Of a stretch of 64,000 nucleotides of DNA, positions 26,501 to 39,307 are shown piece by piece (within the stretch, counting starts at the first letter, position 1; each line of letters starts with the position of its first letter). Source of the DNA: Balanoglossus misakiensis. Its lineage: Eukaryota > Animalia > Hemichordata. The stretch covers positions 6,248,509 through 6,312,508 of the forward strand of contig CM082586.2 in the NCBI GenBank assembly GCA_040954595.2, in the 5' to 3' direction. A program made the translations under genes and the position numbers. The notes beneath the pieces were generated by a model, which did not search any database, was not told where the DNA came from, and saw only the letters and a program-made list of their open reading frames with translations.

Positions 26501-28664
26501 TTATGTTTGTGTATATGTCTCTGTTTCTGTTTCTGGCCAGTGGATGCTCCATCGTTCTCTTACACGTCTCTTTTCTGACCAGACTGTCTGTCTGTCTGCG
26601 TGCCTCTCTCTCTCCCTCTCCATCTATCTATCTCTCTTTCCCTCTCTCCCGCTCATTCTCTTCAATATTAACCTATTTTTGTGTCCACAGAACGACCAAT
26701 CTGCTCACCAGTGACTGACGTAGAGATCTGTTCCAATCTGGTCGAATACACCCACACCTCATTTCCGAACTACCTCGGAATGAGCCGCGACGGTGCTGTG
26801 GAGTTCTTGACGGCGCTCGAGCAGGCGTTGGCCGCAGACAACTGCCACCCCGACGCCGTCTTCTTCTACTGCGCCATTCTGGCACCAAAGTGCGACCAGG
26901 CCGGATTTCACCTCCCCTGCAGGGGGCTGTGCCAGAACATCAGAGACAGTTGCACGGATAGCTTCCGGGACGCCCTGGGGAGAGAGTGGCTCGTGAACTG
27001 CGACGTTCTCCCGGAGAATGGAGGACCAGACCTGGCGTGTGGCACTTGTGAGTTGAGGAATTCGACAGCTCTTGTAGATATTCTTGTTTGCTGTGGAGGG
27101 GTGGCATTCTGACCCAGGGGACCATTTTAACGTCCCACCCCAATGAAAACCTGAAATAATCTTACATTCAGGCACACGCTGGATATTAAGTCTCATTAGG
27201 ACGTCGATCAAAGTTGCAAATTGGCCTAGAATCTAACAGCGTTTTCAGGCTCATCCAATCCACATAGTCATATTTCCAATTATTTGTTTGTTTCACTCAC
27301 ATATCCATTTGTTTCCTCCACTTTGCTGACAGCACTGGCGAACACAACCGACAGTCCAGGTGAGTGTGTATGAATCTGACAGACGTTGACGGTTGAATAC
27401 CACAGTATCTCACAGTAACAGGACCTGTCATGTTTCGAAGTATTTTTGCATGCAGTATTTTGTTTAGTCATATATGGTTTCTTGTTCTTCAACCGATGAA
27501 ATCATTTCCATACAGTGATTGTCAATATACTAGTAACCTTTATGAAAAACAGCACTGTCAGAGGAACACAAATGTGACTGGGGTACCAACTCGTTTTCAC
27601 AGGTTGCCAAGACATCAGTTCGCCTATCTGTGACCCACTGAAACCTTACGGCGGTGGCCTCCAACGGCAAGCGAGGGGAAACGTGGATGACGAAATGATA
27701 CCCACTGTGTCAGGCGAGGTTGGCGGAGTGCTTGACCGAATGGCTACGTACGACGGCTGCCATGAGTATGTGGACGTCTTCATGTGTTCCCTTCTGGCGC
27801 CAGAATGTAACGACGAGGGCTCCTCAAGTCGACCATGCAGACAATTTTGTGAAGAGGTCGAGGGTGCCTGTAGGGGTATCATGGAAAGTGGTGGCACCGT
27901 GTGGCCTGTTGAATGCTCCACTTTACCCGAAGATACTGGTTGTATAGGTGTGTATTTGTCCTATATGGTTGGCAACAGTTAGTCAGACAGGCAGACAGAC
28001 AGGCAGGCAGGCAGACAGACAGGCAGGCAGGCAGACAGACAGGCAGGCAAGCAGACAGATAGAAGGCAGGCAGACAGGCAGGCAGGCAGACAGATAGAAG
28101 GCAGGCAGGCAGACAGACAGACAGACAGACAGACAGAAGGCAGGCAGGCAGACAGACAGGCAGGCAGGCAGGCAGACTGACAGGCAGGCAAGCAGACAGA
28201 TAGAAGGCAGGCAGGCAGGCAGACAGGCAGGCAGGCAAGCAGACAGACAGGCAGGCAGGCAGGCAGACAGACAGACAGACAGGCAGGCAAGCAGACAGAT
28301 AGAAGGCAGGCAGGCAGACAGACAGACAGACAGAAGGCAGGCAGGCAGACAGACAGGCAGGCAAGCAGACAGATAGAAGGCAGGCAGGCAGGCAGACAGA
28401 TAGAAGGCAGGCAGACAGACAGACAGACAGAAGGCAGACAGGCAGGCAGACAGGCAGACAGATAGAAGGCAGGCAGGCAGACAGACAGGCAGGCAAGCAG
28501 ACAGACAGGCAGGCAGGCAGGCAGACAGACAGACAGGCAGGCAAGCAGACAGATAGAAGGCAGGCAGGCAGACAGACAGACAGACAGAAGGCAGGCAGGC
28601 AGACAGACAGGCAGGCAGGCAGGCAGGCAGACTGACAGGCAGGCAAGCAGACAGATAGAAGGCA

Positions 28665-28701
<37 letters not shown>

Positions 28702-31700
28702 ACAGATAGAAGGCAGGCAGACAGACAGACAGACAGAAGGCAGACAGGCAGGCAGACAGGCAGACAGATAGAAGGCAGGCAGGCAGACAGACAGGCAGGC
28801 AGGCAAGCAGACAGATAGAAGGAAGGCAGGCAGACAGACAGACAGACAAACAGGCAGGCAGGCAGACAGACAGACAGGCAGGCAGGCAGGCAGGCAGACA
28901 GACAGGCAGACAGACAGGCAGACAGACAGAAGGCAGGCAGGCAGGCAGACAGACAGACATGCAGGCAGGCAGACAGACAGGCAGGCAAGCAGACACATAG
29001 AAGGCAGACAGACAGACAGAAGGCAGGCAGGCAGACAGACAGACAGACAGACAGACAGACAGGCAGGCAGGCAGGCAGACAGACAGACAGACAGGCAGAC
29101 ATGCAGGCAGGCAGAAAGCAGGCAGGCAGGCAGGCAGACAGACAGATTCCTATTTGCATCTCACTGAGCGAGAGAACCACCAGAAAGTAGTACTAATATA
29201 TGTTGTTTTGATTTCAGCGATAACGGCGTGCGCAGCTCATCCATGCCAAAACGAGGCAACGTGTGTACCCCTTGACAACACATATGCCTGTATTTGTGCT
29301 GCTGGCTGGAATGGTGTTAATTGCACAGAGAGTAAGTAGTCTGTCACCTATCCTCGGGTTTGTATCTCAAACATCGTTTTGAAAATTCTGATGCGTTTTT
29401 TGAACGACTGGGGAAGCACGTGGGTGGGGCTGAAGTAAATGCTGGTTGTTTCTTACCAGCGTGTATAAGTCTGACAGCAATGATACATAGGCCTATAATC
29501 AAAATGTCTTCAAATAAGCTGTAGTTAAACGTTTTGCCACTCTGTGAGGCACAGAATTCACGGGATACAAGATGCAAGAACTGCGAGTTCAAGTTGCGGA
29601 CGGCCTCTATTTCGACAAGAAAGATGCAGGTCATACGAAATCAGATACAGCATACTATAAACACACTAGCTACATATTTGGATGTTCTTGTATATTTTAC
29701 CGAGTTTTTGATTACTATTTTTTCCATGATAAGACATTGATGACTGCTACCCAAATCCCTGTGAAAATGGTGGCACCTGTCTCGATGGTGTTGGCAGCTA
29801 CACGTGTGCGTGTGATGGACAGTGGAGTGGTACACATTGCAGTGAGTAACTCTGATCGAATAGATCTAAAGATCCTTTTCTTATTGATAGTCGAGTTAAA
29901 TTTACATTTCACTTGTATATGTGAGTTAATTATTACAAACAGTTGAACACTTTCCATCTACGATGTCGGCATACAGAAAGTGAAACCAACAATGATGACG
30001 AGAGTGTAGACTGTATATGCAATGGCTTACTCTGCATCAGCAGTTGTTTCCAGTATCAAACACCTTTCAAAAATGCAACGTTCTTGCTTATCATTTTTTT
30101 TTTCAGATTGCAAAGACATTACAATAGAAGAGTGTCGAAATCTACCTTACAAAGCCTACTCGCCTGCTGTCGGGGGAACCCTCTTCCAATCGGACGACGA
30201 GTTCCGGCGGTTTCTGTCGAGCACCCGGCCATACACGGGCTGTTTCCCGTACATCGATGTCTTCATGTGTTCCCTCTTCGCGCCCGAATGTACCGTAGGC
30301 GGCAACTATCGACCGCCTTGCCGGGCTTTCTGCGAAGCCGCGCAGGAGTACTGCGAGCCACAGTTCGTGGCCAATGGGATATCCTGGCCGATAGACTGCA
30401 GTTACTTGCCCGATTCGCTAGACCCTGCGACATGCCTCGGCCGAGAATACGCCATTACTGATTCATCAGGTAAGGATGAGTTCACTAAGTGGTAATTTTG
30501 GCTTTTACTTTCACGAAAGGGAAATAAACGCATTTTGAATTTTATGAGCGAACATGGGTACTTAGCTATCCAGGTGCAACCATCACAGAACAGTGTGCAA
30601 AATGAAGAAGACAACGTGAATGATAATGCATACATTTCATGAAGTACCTGGAACATTTATGGCTCATGTAGAGTACAAGAAAGAAAAATATTTCCATGAT
30701 TTATATGGTTAATTATATTCAATCGTTGTTTTGACGGCAGCTATATGTGGAACAAGAACGCTGTCTGTTGGCGCTCGGGACCGCATCGTTGGGGGCAGGT
30801 CAGCCGAAGCCGGTGAATGGCCGTGGCAGGTGGCTCTTTACATCGACGGCAGCGTTCAGTGCGGTGGGTCGATAATCAACGAGAACTGGATTCTCACCGC
30901 AGCACACTGTGTGTAAGTTAAATACAGCTGGCCAAAGATAGTGGAGAATCTTAGTCTCGCGTGGGCTAGACAAGTTGAAATTGGAGCCCACACGCGAGAA
31001 CAAAGCGAACTGCACGTGAAACTACCAAATCATTGCTGAGATTAGATGCAGCTTTTCAGGTGGAGACTACCGTGACTCCTGAAAAAAGACTCACATTTGT
31101 TTCTGCAAACGTGAATAAAATCCAACCAACTTTCTCTCCTGCTTATACTTGTAGATGCCGTATAGTTTTTGCAAGTGTACTTGTCACACCGTGATCTAAC
31201 AATAAACACGATTAATTTGTCCTTGTTACTGGACAACCTATTTGACTACCTATTTGTTTACGCGTATATACTTTTAGGAAAGACGTCTCCCCTAGTGGTC
31301 TGGTGGCAACCATGGGCGTCACAGATTTACGGGACACTATCTCGAGTTATCGAGCTGACAGGCAACTTTCGGAAATACACATACATCCGGACTATAATGA
31401 AGTCTTGGCAGACAACGATTTGGCGTTGCTCAAACTGGTGGACCCGCTGGAGTTCAACGACTACGTCAGACCAGTGTGTCTACCGCCCCCTGTCGATAAT
31501 GGCATTGTAGCGGGTCTGTGGTGCACCACGACTGGCTGGGGCCTGACAGCAGATGGGGGTAAGATAAAGTTAAAGAACACCAGATGTGTTACGTCATTTG
31601 CGGTCCCATCAATGGACCATATGCAAATTGGAACTAAACTACCAAAACCACCTGTTGATTTTGCATAAACTGACCAAATATTCTCCACGCTGAATAGATA

Positions 31701-34700
31701 ATAACTTTCGGTACGTGTCGATTCTCTTCCAGTGTTAGCGAAAATACAACTGCTTTGATTGTGTATGATATTCTGTGAAATCGGTTGCACCACAAAAATA
31801 TAACATAAACTTTTTTTCTGTTTCATGACATTTGCTTTCCAGGCCAGGGATCGACCACTTTAATGGAGGCTGGACTGACCGTCATTGAGCAAGGGATCTG
31901 CCAGACGCTCCATGCGCCCGCTATGGTCACCGACTCCATGATCTGCGCTGGTGCAGGATCTGTGGACGCTTGTCTGGTGAGTGTTATTACGTGCACCAAC
32001 TTTGGTGAGTGTCGTCCAGGACGCTAGGGATCATTCAAAGTCCCGGCAACTTACAAAAATGATGGCAACTGCGTGATTTTCGTGCAGTGGTTTGAATATG
32101 TTCGCGAACTTGGAATCATTATCGTATTCGCATGCATTCTATTCCAATCAGGACAGACTAGCAAAGGACATATTCTGGAGCAGGGCCGCAAGCACAACAC
32201 CTTGCTTCTCTAAACACATAGTTCGTAGCTATAGCTCATGTCTTTCTTTAGATAAGCCAACTTGCAAAACGGTGTTGGACTGAGCTCTCTCCATAATCAA
32301 TAAACGCTAGTCCAACGTCAATAATTTGTGCTTCGTATAGGGGGACAGCGGAGGACCGCTTGTCTATCACTCCGAGGACGGCAGATGGTACCAGGCTGGG
32401 GTCACAAGTTGGGGCGTGGGCTGCGGCAACGCTGAAAAGCCCGGCGTCTACTCACGCGTTACAACTGCCCTGGACTGGATTGCACAGGTCACTGAAATCG
32501 GTGAGACGACATACCAGAGTTTGCAATTTAACAGTACAGTAAACTTAGTTAAAAGTCTGGTGGGTATCAATCACCGTACCCTGGCCAGTATGTGTCCATA
32601 CATATAGGCCACAAACAAGCTGTGTTTGACCTGCAGCGCTTGTAATAATAGAATCAGAATACATATTTACATTGAATGGAATAGTTAAAATCCTTTCTTG
32701 ATCCTGCTCTTGGTAGGATGTGGAAACGACGAGTATACGTGTAACACTGGGGAATGTGTATCTGAAACCAGTGTGTGCAATGCCGTCATGGACTGCCCTA
32801 ATGGTGAAGACGAAGATGCCGATCTGTGCGGACAAGGTAAAGTCTACGCTCTTCCTTCATCCTTCTTCTGTTAGGCCAATTCTGGTGAGAAATTAATGTT
32901 CTCTTTAAAATAAACTTAATGAACCAACCACGCATTTGTTAAATCCATTTTTGGTAACAAAAAAATATGTGTTGTAATATTTGCCCACTGTTTCCTTAAT
33001 CAGAAAGTGAATGTAAAGAGTCTCTGGTATTAGAAGCTTCAACGGAAGTTACCATTCCCGTACCGCTGGACCAGTCCAGTTGCGTGTGGAAAGTTTCCAG
33101 CGATTCAGAAATCAAGGTGACGTTGGATACAGCCCCCGACCTCCGTTACACGTTCCGTTTCGGCACAGGGGACGACGAATTTGACAACACGTCGGTGATC
33201 TTCGAACAGGACTTTTTCACCGTACTGCCAGCGGCCATTGTCACCAGATCGACCTCGGTGTGGGTGCGATTCGACACGAGCAACGGCGTGGCCGAAACTC
33301 CGGGGGACTTGGCAACGCTGTCCACGACGAACGCTCAAGGTGAGACCTACTGCATCAAGAGGCCATATTTATGACCCCGACATGACCTTATATCCTCGTG
33401 CTTCTGTTGGTGAAAATCCATCAGGTTGTCTAAAACCTATACAAAAACTCCATAAGTACTGAATTACAAAGGTGACTCTTTCCATGCACCCTATTACAGG
33501 GAGGGTCTCGATCAGGCTATGTGCTTGGACGTGACAAAGAATGAACTTACCCCAAAATTTCTCTGTTCATCAGGCTCAGGATGCCAAGATGCTATACCTG
33601 ACTTTCTTCTTGAATGCGGACCCAATGAGAGTCTCTGTTTCAGCAGCGATCAAGGCAAAATACTTTGTGATCACAAGAACGACTGCGGCGATTGGGCGGA
33701 CGAGATGGACTGCTGTGAGTCGATTATATTGTTCACGTGTGTGCGTGGTTAAATACAACTGCTTTGTTCACGAGTCGTGTCTTCAGTGTTACAAATGCAT
33801 ATCTTAACGATTTGTACATCGATCAAATAGTTCATCGTCCCGGTAACCAGATGGCGACACTCTTGTAACGTTGGTCAAAATTATCCACTCATGAAAAATA
33901 ATCAAATATGAATACTACCAACATCACTAAAATCTCTGCTATAATTTGAGTTCCTTTCAACGACTTTGCCTCACAGCCTGTCACATCACAGCTGGTCTCC
34001 GATGTTACGATGGCGGACCTTGTATTTTTCGAACGAATGTGTGTGATGGGGATGTGAACTGCCCGGGTGGAGTAGACGAGGTTGATTGCGGTGAGTGAGA
34101 CACAAAAATCATTCTCAGATTTCGAACATTTTTTTTCAATATAGACACTTTTTGTATCTGTAATTACATGCTGAACTAAATTTTGATAATAAAAGCACAA
34201 CGTTAATTTTACTGACAGGGTCAGTGATGCTCAGTTGATAACCTTTACAAGTCACTTAGCAGAACCTAATTCACAACAGGATTGGGGTCGTGTGGGAGGC
34301 TTTTTTTAAATTTTAATGTTTTCTGTTTGCAGAAGCATTTCATTGCAATAATGGGCATATTGTTCCTCGAGCGTTGGTGTGTGATGGCGTCAATGACTGC
34401 GGTGACAAAAGCGACGAGAGAGGGCAAACCTGCTGTAGGTATAGCACACAATGGAGAATACATCTTTCTCAATCTTTTTTCTTCATAACGTTTTTTCCAA
34501 TAATAATCTTACGTGCATCTTGTTTTTATTTCGTCCAGTTTACCTGCAATGTTCCAATAGAAAGAATCTGAGAGAGGGGATTGGCTTAAGGGGGTAGGTA
34601 GAGGGAATGGGGGGGATGGAGATCTCGCTGACCAAGTCGAACATGGGGAATTTTTACGCAAGTCTCCTCAATTGCTTGTTGGTGCAAAGTATACAATTTA

Positions 34701-37700
34701 GTTCCCTTTCATATACATTTCTGGTACAGCTTGTTCCCAGAACGAAGTGGCGTGTAATGATGGGACCTGCATTAACAAGAACTACATCTGTGATGGTATT
34801 GAGAATTGCGCTGAAGGCGAAGATGAACTGAACTGTGACGAAAGTAAGGAAAAAAATGGAAGCAGCTATTAATTCCTCTTTGTTAAAGGGCAATGGTCAT
34901 CTTATTCGCATTTGCCAAACCAGAGACTCTGGTATACACATTAGGCAGTGCTCGCGCTCTGTCCTAACAACAGAGAAGATGGCGGCGATAACATGGATAA
35001 GTAATAACCTGCTTTAAAAAAGAATCTTGTTCTCTTCGCAGAATGCATGAGTTGGCAACTACGCTGTGCTGACGGCACTTGCATTCCTCATTGGAAGAAC
35101 TGTGATCACGTGCCAGATTGCCCGGATGGAAGCGACGAGGAAAACTGCTCACGTCTGTACCCTCTATTGAGCCACTTTTATCACGTTGAATGTTGGTCGT
35201 TGATTTCTGTTTTTTTTGTTTATTACTAGTACTCGATGTGTGTTTTGTCACAAATTATTTTTTCGGTGTTATTTGGTTAAGAAATTAGGGTCGGTCGAGG
35301 CCAGACATTAGGGTCAGTGGATCCATGAGGAACGATAAAGCTTCTACCCTTGACGGGTGACTCTCAATATTTTATAGGCTGCTTTCCAAATGAATTTGTC
35401 TGTGGTGATTTCGACTGTGTCGGTCAAGGCGCTCGATGTAATGGCATCCTGGAATGCAGTGACTTTTCTGATGAAATTAATTGCAGTAAGTGTAGTTCAG
35501 ATACTTTCATGCATTTGGCGTCGGTGATCTTGACCTGGTTGTTTGCTTGCCCAAGGTGATATTTTGATGTCGTTTTTCGTCCACGTCGATGGGAAACCTT
35601 TGGCAATATTTTCAGTTATTTGATTGATTGATTTAATTATCTCTGCTTTTAATTCCCAGCTTGTGACGACGAAGATTTATTTCTATGTGATAGTGGATTT
35701 TGTATAAGCATTTATAACCGATGTGATGGTTATCCGCACTGTCTGGACGCTAGCGATGAAGAGAACTGTGGTAAGTCTCTTTCACACACGTCAACAATGG
35801 TTGTTTTGCAGTCTTCACATTAACAGTCTTCACGTGCGCTTACAGCGGTGTAATGATATCCACAGAAAACAGTGCTGCAATATGTAATGTATGACTACCG
35901 CTATACTCGATCGTTGGTCGGTTAACTTCGCTAAGTTTATTGACTTTCCTGGTCTATTTCGTTGGCAGAGAGTTTCATCCCTCCGTGTGGAGGACATCAC
36001 AGTCTTGGCAGGAACAACACCAGCGTTTCCCTCAGCTCGCCGGCAACCGTAGACGGAGTGTACCCAAATGACGTGACGTGTGTCTGGGCGGTGGAGATGG
36101 CAGGCGACTACGCTGGACCGGAGTATCTCCGCGTGGAGTTCCTTCACATGCAGACCGAGGCTTGCTGTGACGCGCTCTTTGTGGGCGCGGGCGCAGACGC
36201 CGGCAACATGTCCACTCTCATCGGAGTATATGCCGGTTACGCCGCGTTGGATTTCACTTTCAACGGCCGGCTGCTGTGGTTTAAATTCAGAACGGACACT
36301 TCGGTCAAAGACGTGGGATTTTCACTGACAGTTCGGCTTTCTGATCCTGACGGTAAGTACATGTACATGTATTCATTCATCCAAGGATTTACATGCAAGT
36401 CACCTGTTCTAGTGTAGATGTGGTACATGTATTTGTATTAATTCTTTAGTTCGATTGTACACATCTGCCACGTTGACTACAGTTTTAAATCCGGCATCAA
36501 GGCAGTTTAGAACACTGTATGGATCAAGCCATAATTCACCAAAGCATCACACGCTTTTATGCAACAACTTGTATTAATAGCTGTCTGTTTGTTTGTCTGT
36601 CTGTCTGCCTGGTTCCCTCTGTCTCTCTCTGACTCTCTCTCCTCCCTTCCCCATCCCATTCTCCATACACAGAGTGCATAGACGGTTTTCCCTGTAACAA
36701 CGCAAAGTGTATTGCTGGCGGTCACACATGTGACGGCGTCGATGACTGTGGCGACGGGACTGACGAAGACACCACCACCATCTGTAGTACCGGTTAGTAA
36801 TAACAATGATAAGGTTAATGTTCACAAAACCAATCAGTGTGAACATCATGTTGAAATCATCCACAAGTGTTTTACTCCCCCTTCAAGGATGGGCTTCAGT
36901 ATAAAGAAAATAATTATGAAAGGGTCAGCTCTATCAATATTAATCAGCCATTGTATCTGACAATGTATCTTCCAATTTTCAGAATGTGCTGAATGGCAAT
37001 TCCAATGTGACGATGGCCAGTGCATACCGTTGGTTTACCAATGTAATGGTGTAGACGACTGTTTCGATGGTAGCGATGAAGACTGTGGTAAGCCTCTTAG
37101 CAAAGTTCACCCACGCACTCTCATTAACCTACCAAACCCATGTATCTACAGACTCAAACACTCGCACACTCACTCAGCAAATGAATTGACACATGTGAAA
37201 TTCATTCACACAATATGCAAATCCATGACCGCTTAACAGACATTGAAAGAGCGGCCTCGATTGTCATTCTAATTCTCAGCAGGCGTGACACACTTCATTG
37301 TTAACAAAGACTGGCACTAAAAGGTCATTACAGACCGTTTCTTCCCGAAGAAGTTCTTTACAATATAAATGTCACGTCATATGGGAACACGATCATCATC
37401 AGTGGCAGTTCGGTGACTTGATGACGCCATGATTTAGCTAATATCACTTGGGTTGACAAACCCAGTTGAATATTTCATTATTGGAACAATAAACTTTGCC
37501 AACATGTGTCAAATTTCAGCGGAAGAATGTACCGAATTTACGTGCGAAGATACAGGAGAGTGTGTTCCCAGTGAAAATCGGTGCGACGGTGTTGATGACT
37601 GTGACGATGGCTCAGATGAAGACAGTTGTAGTAAGATTCTGGACGTGCTATTTGACCCGTAGTGGTTGTCAGAAAAATACTAGGGATGAATGAATTACAG

Positions 37701-39246
37701 AATTAGACATGTAAAACAATAGACATGTTCATATGTTCCCAGAAGCACAAGGATGGCACCCAGATAGAATATGTACAGACGTTTCAATGATGTACCTGTT
37801 ATACATACATGACAGCACTCGACAAAATTCTTGACATATGATCCTTCAACTCAGAAATTATCCATGCCACTTATGCACTCAACATCCCAACTAGGTTATT
37901 TCTTTTACATTTCATAGAAAAAGCGTTAGTTACAAACCACAATGTTATTCTTTTCGGTAGCGAAAATACAAGACTACGACGAGTCAGCTCGTGATGTGTT
38001 ACACGTTAACATACGCTCCACATGGTACCCTGTGTGCAAGGACACTGGGGGCTCCATCGCCGGTGATACTGTCCTGAGCAGCTATGGTCATCTGGTGTGC
38101 CGCACAAGTCTGGGTTTTGAGTAGGTTTGCATGTCATTGCTAGCAAATTTTCACATTTTTCTGCAATTAGCAATTTGCAACTTGACTGTAATAAGGCCCC
38201 TATAAATTTGGTGACCGGTATAACCGTGTACATTACGCCCAGATTCATTTATGCTCAAGTATTATGCAAATGGCTGCTCATTTTCTCTTCTCTTTACTGA
38301 TCTATTTTTGCAGAGATATGCAAGGTCTTGACTTTTACAATATCACTGACAACCAATCGCATGGATTTGCAATTGCCTATACCACGTTTTATCCAGGAAC
38401 GGATTTCACTCAAGTTTTGTTCAACTACACGTGAGTTTTAAGATACACTTACTTCCATTGCTAGTCCATTTATTTTCCATAGAAAAAAACAGCCAAAGAT
38501 TGCATGGGAACTTACACAGGTGTAGGTGAAAACAAGAGCTGTTTTGCCTATTCCCCCCCTTTACCAAACATTTGCAGCATATTCAGTTTATATCATAATC
38601 TGTCTTTCACTGCAGGAGAACATGTACAAGCGGAAAGCTCGTTAAGCTTACCTGTATGGACTTTGGTGAGTAGTTCAATATGGAATAACTATAGAGGCAT
38701 CTTTTTCAAAGACAAGCAGAACCAAGTGTACCGACTGTCAGTGTTTGTAATTGTTAAACTTAATCTTATAATCGTTGATCAATAAACACACTCTATATGT
38801 AGAAAGTTACCAAACTAGAATCGTACCAGCAAGCAAGCAATATATTGAAAGTCTTATCAAAAAGGTACTGAGTGTGTTCGTTAATCCTCTAGAGTGTGGA
38901 GTTATGGGCACTGACGTCACCACCCGTATTGTAAATGGTATAGACGCTCCCTTAGGTAGCTTCCCATGGCAAGTATCGCTCAGAAGAAGCGATGATAGCC
39001 ACGTTTGTGGGGGTGCTATAATCAGTCGAAGGTGGATCACGACGGCCGCGCATTGTGTGTGAGTAAAGACTATTTTTGCTTTGTTGACCTTCAACCCCGT
39101 TGCCCAAAACAATGCTAAATGGTAATCTTACATGTACCAGACTTAGTTGATGATTGGTATGTGTTGGCCACAAATTTAGAATACTGGGAAACCAACCTTT
39201 GGTGGCAGCAGCTTTCACCAGACTGTTGTTCTTGTTCTTCTTCTTC

Positions 39247-39307
<61 letters not shown>

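Noticed and set aside
27879-29180. Three long Cys/Leu-rich minus-strand ORFs (337-433 aa)
   Set aside because: Translations of the CAGG/CAGA satellite in an intron of gene 2.
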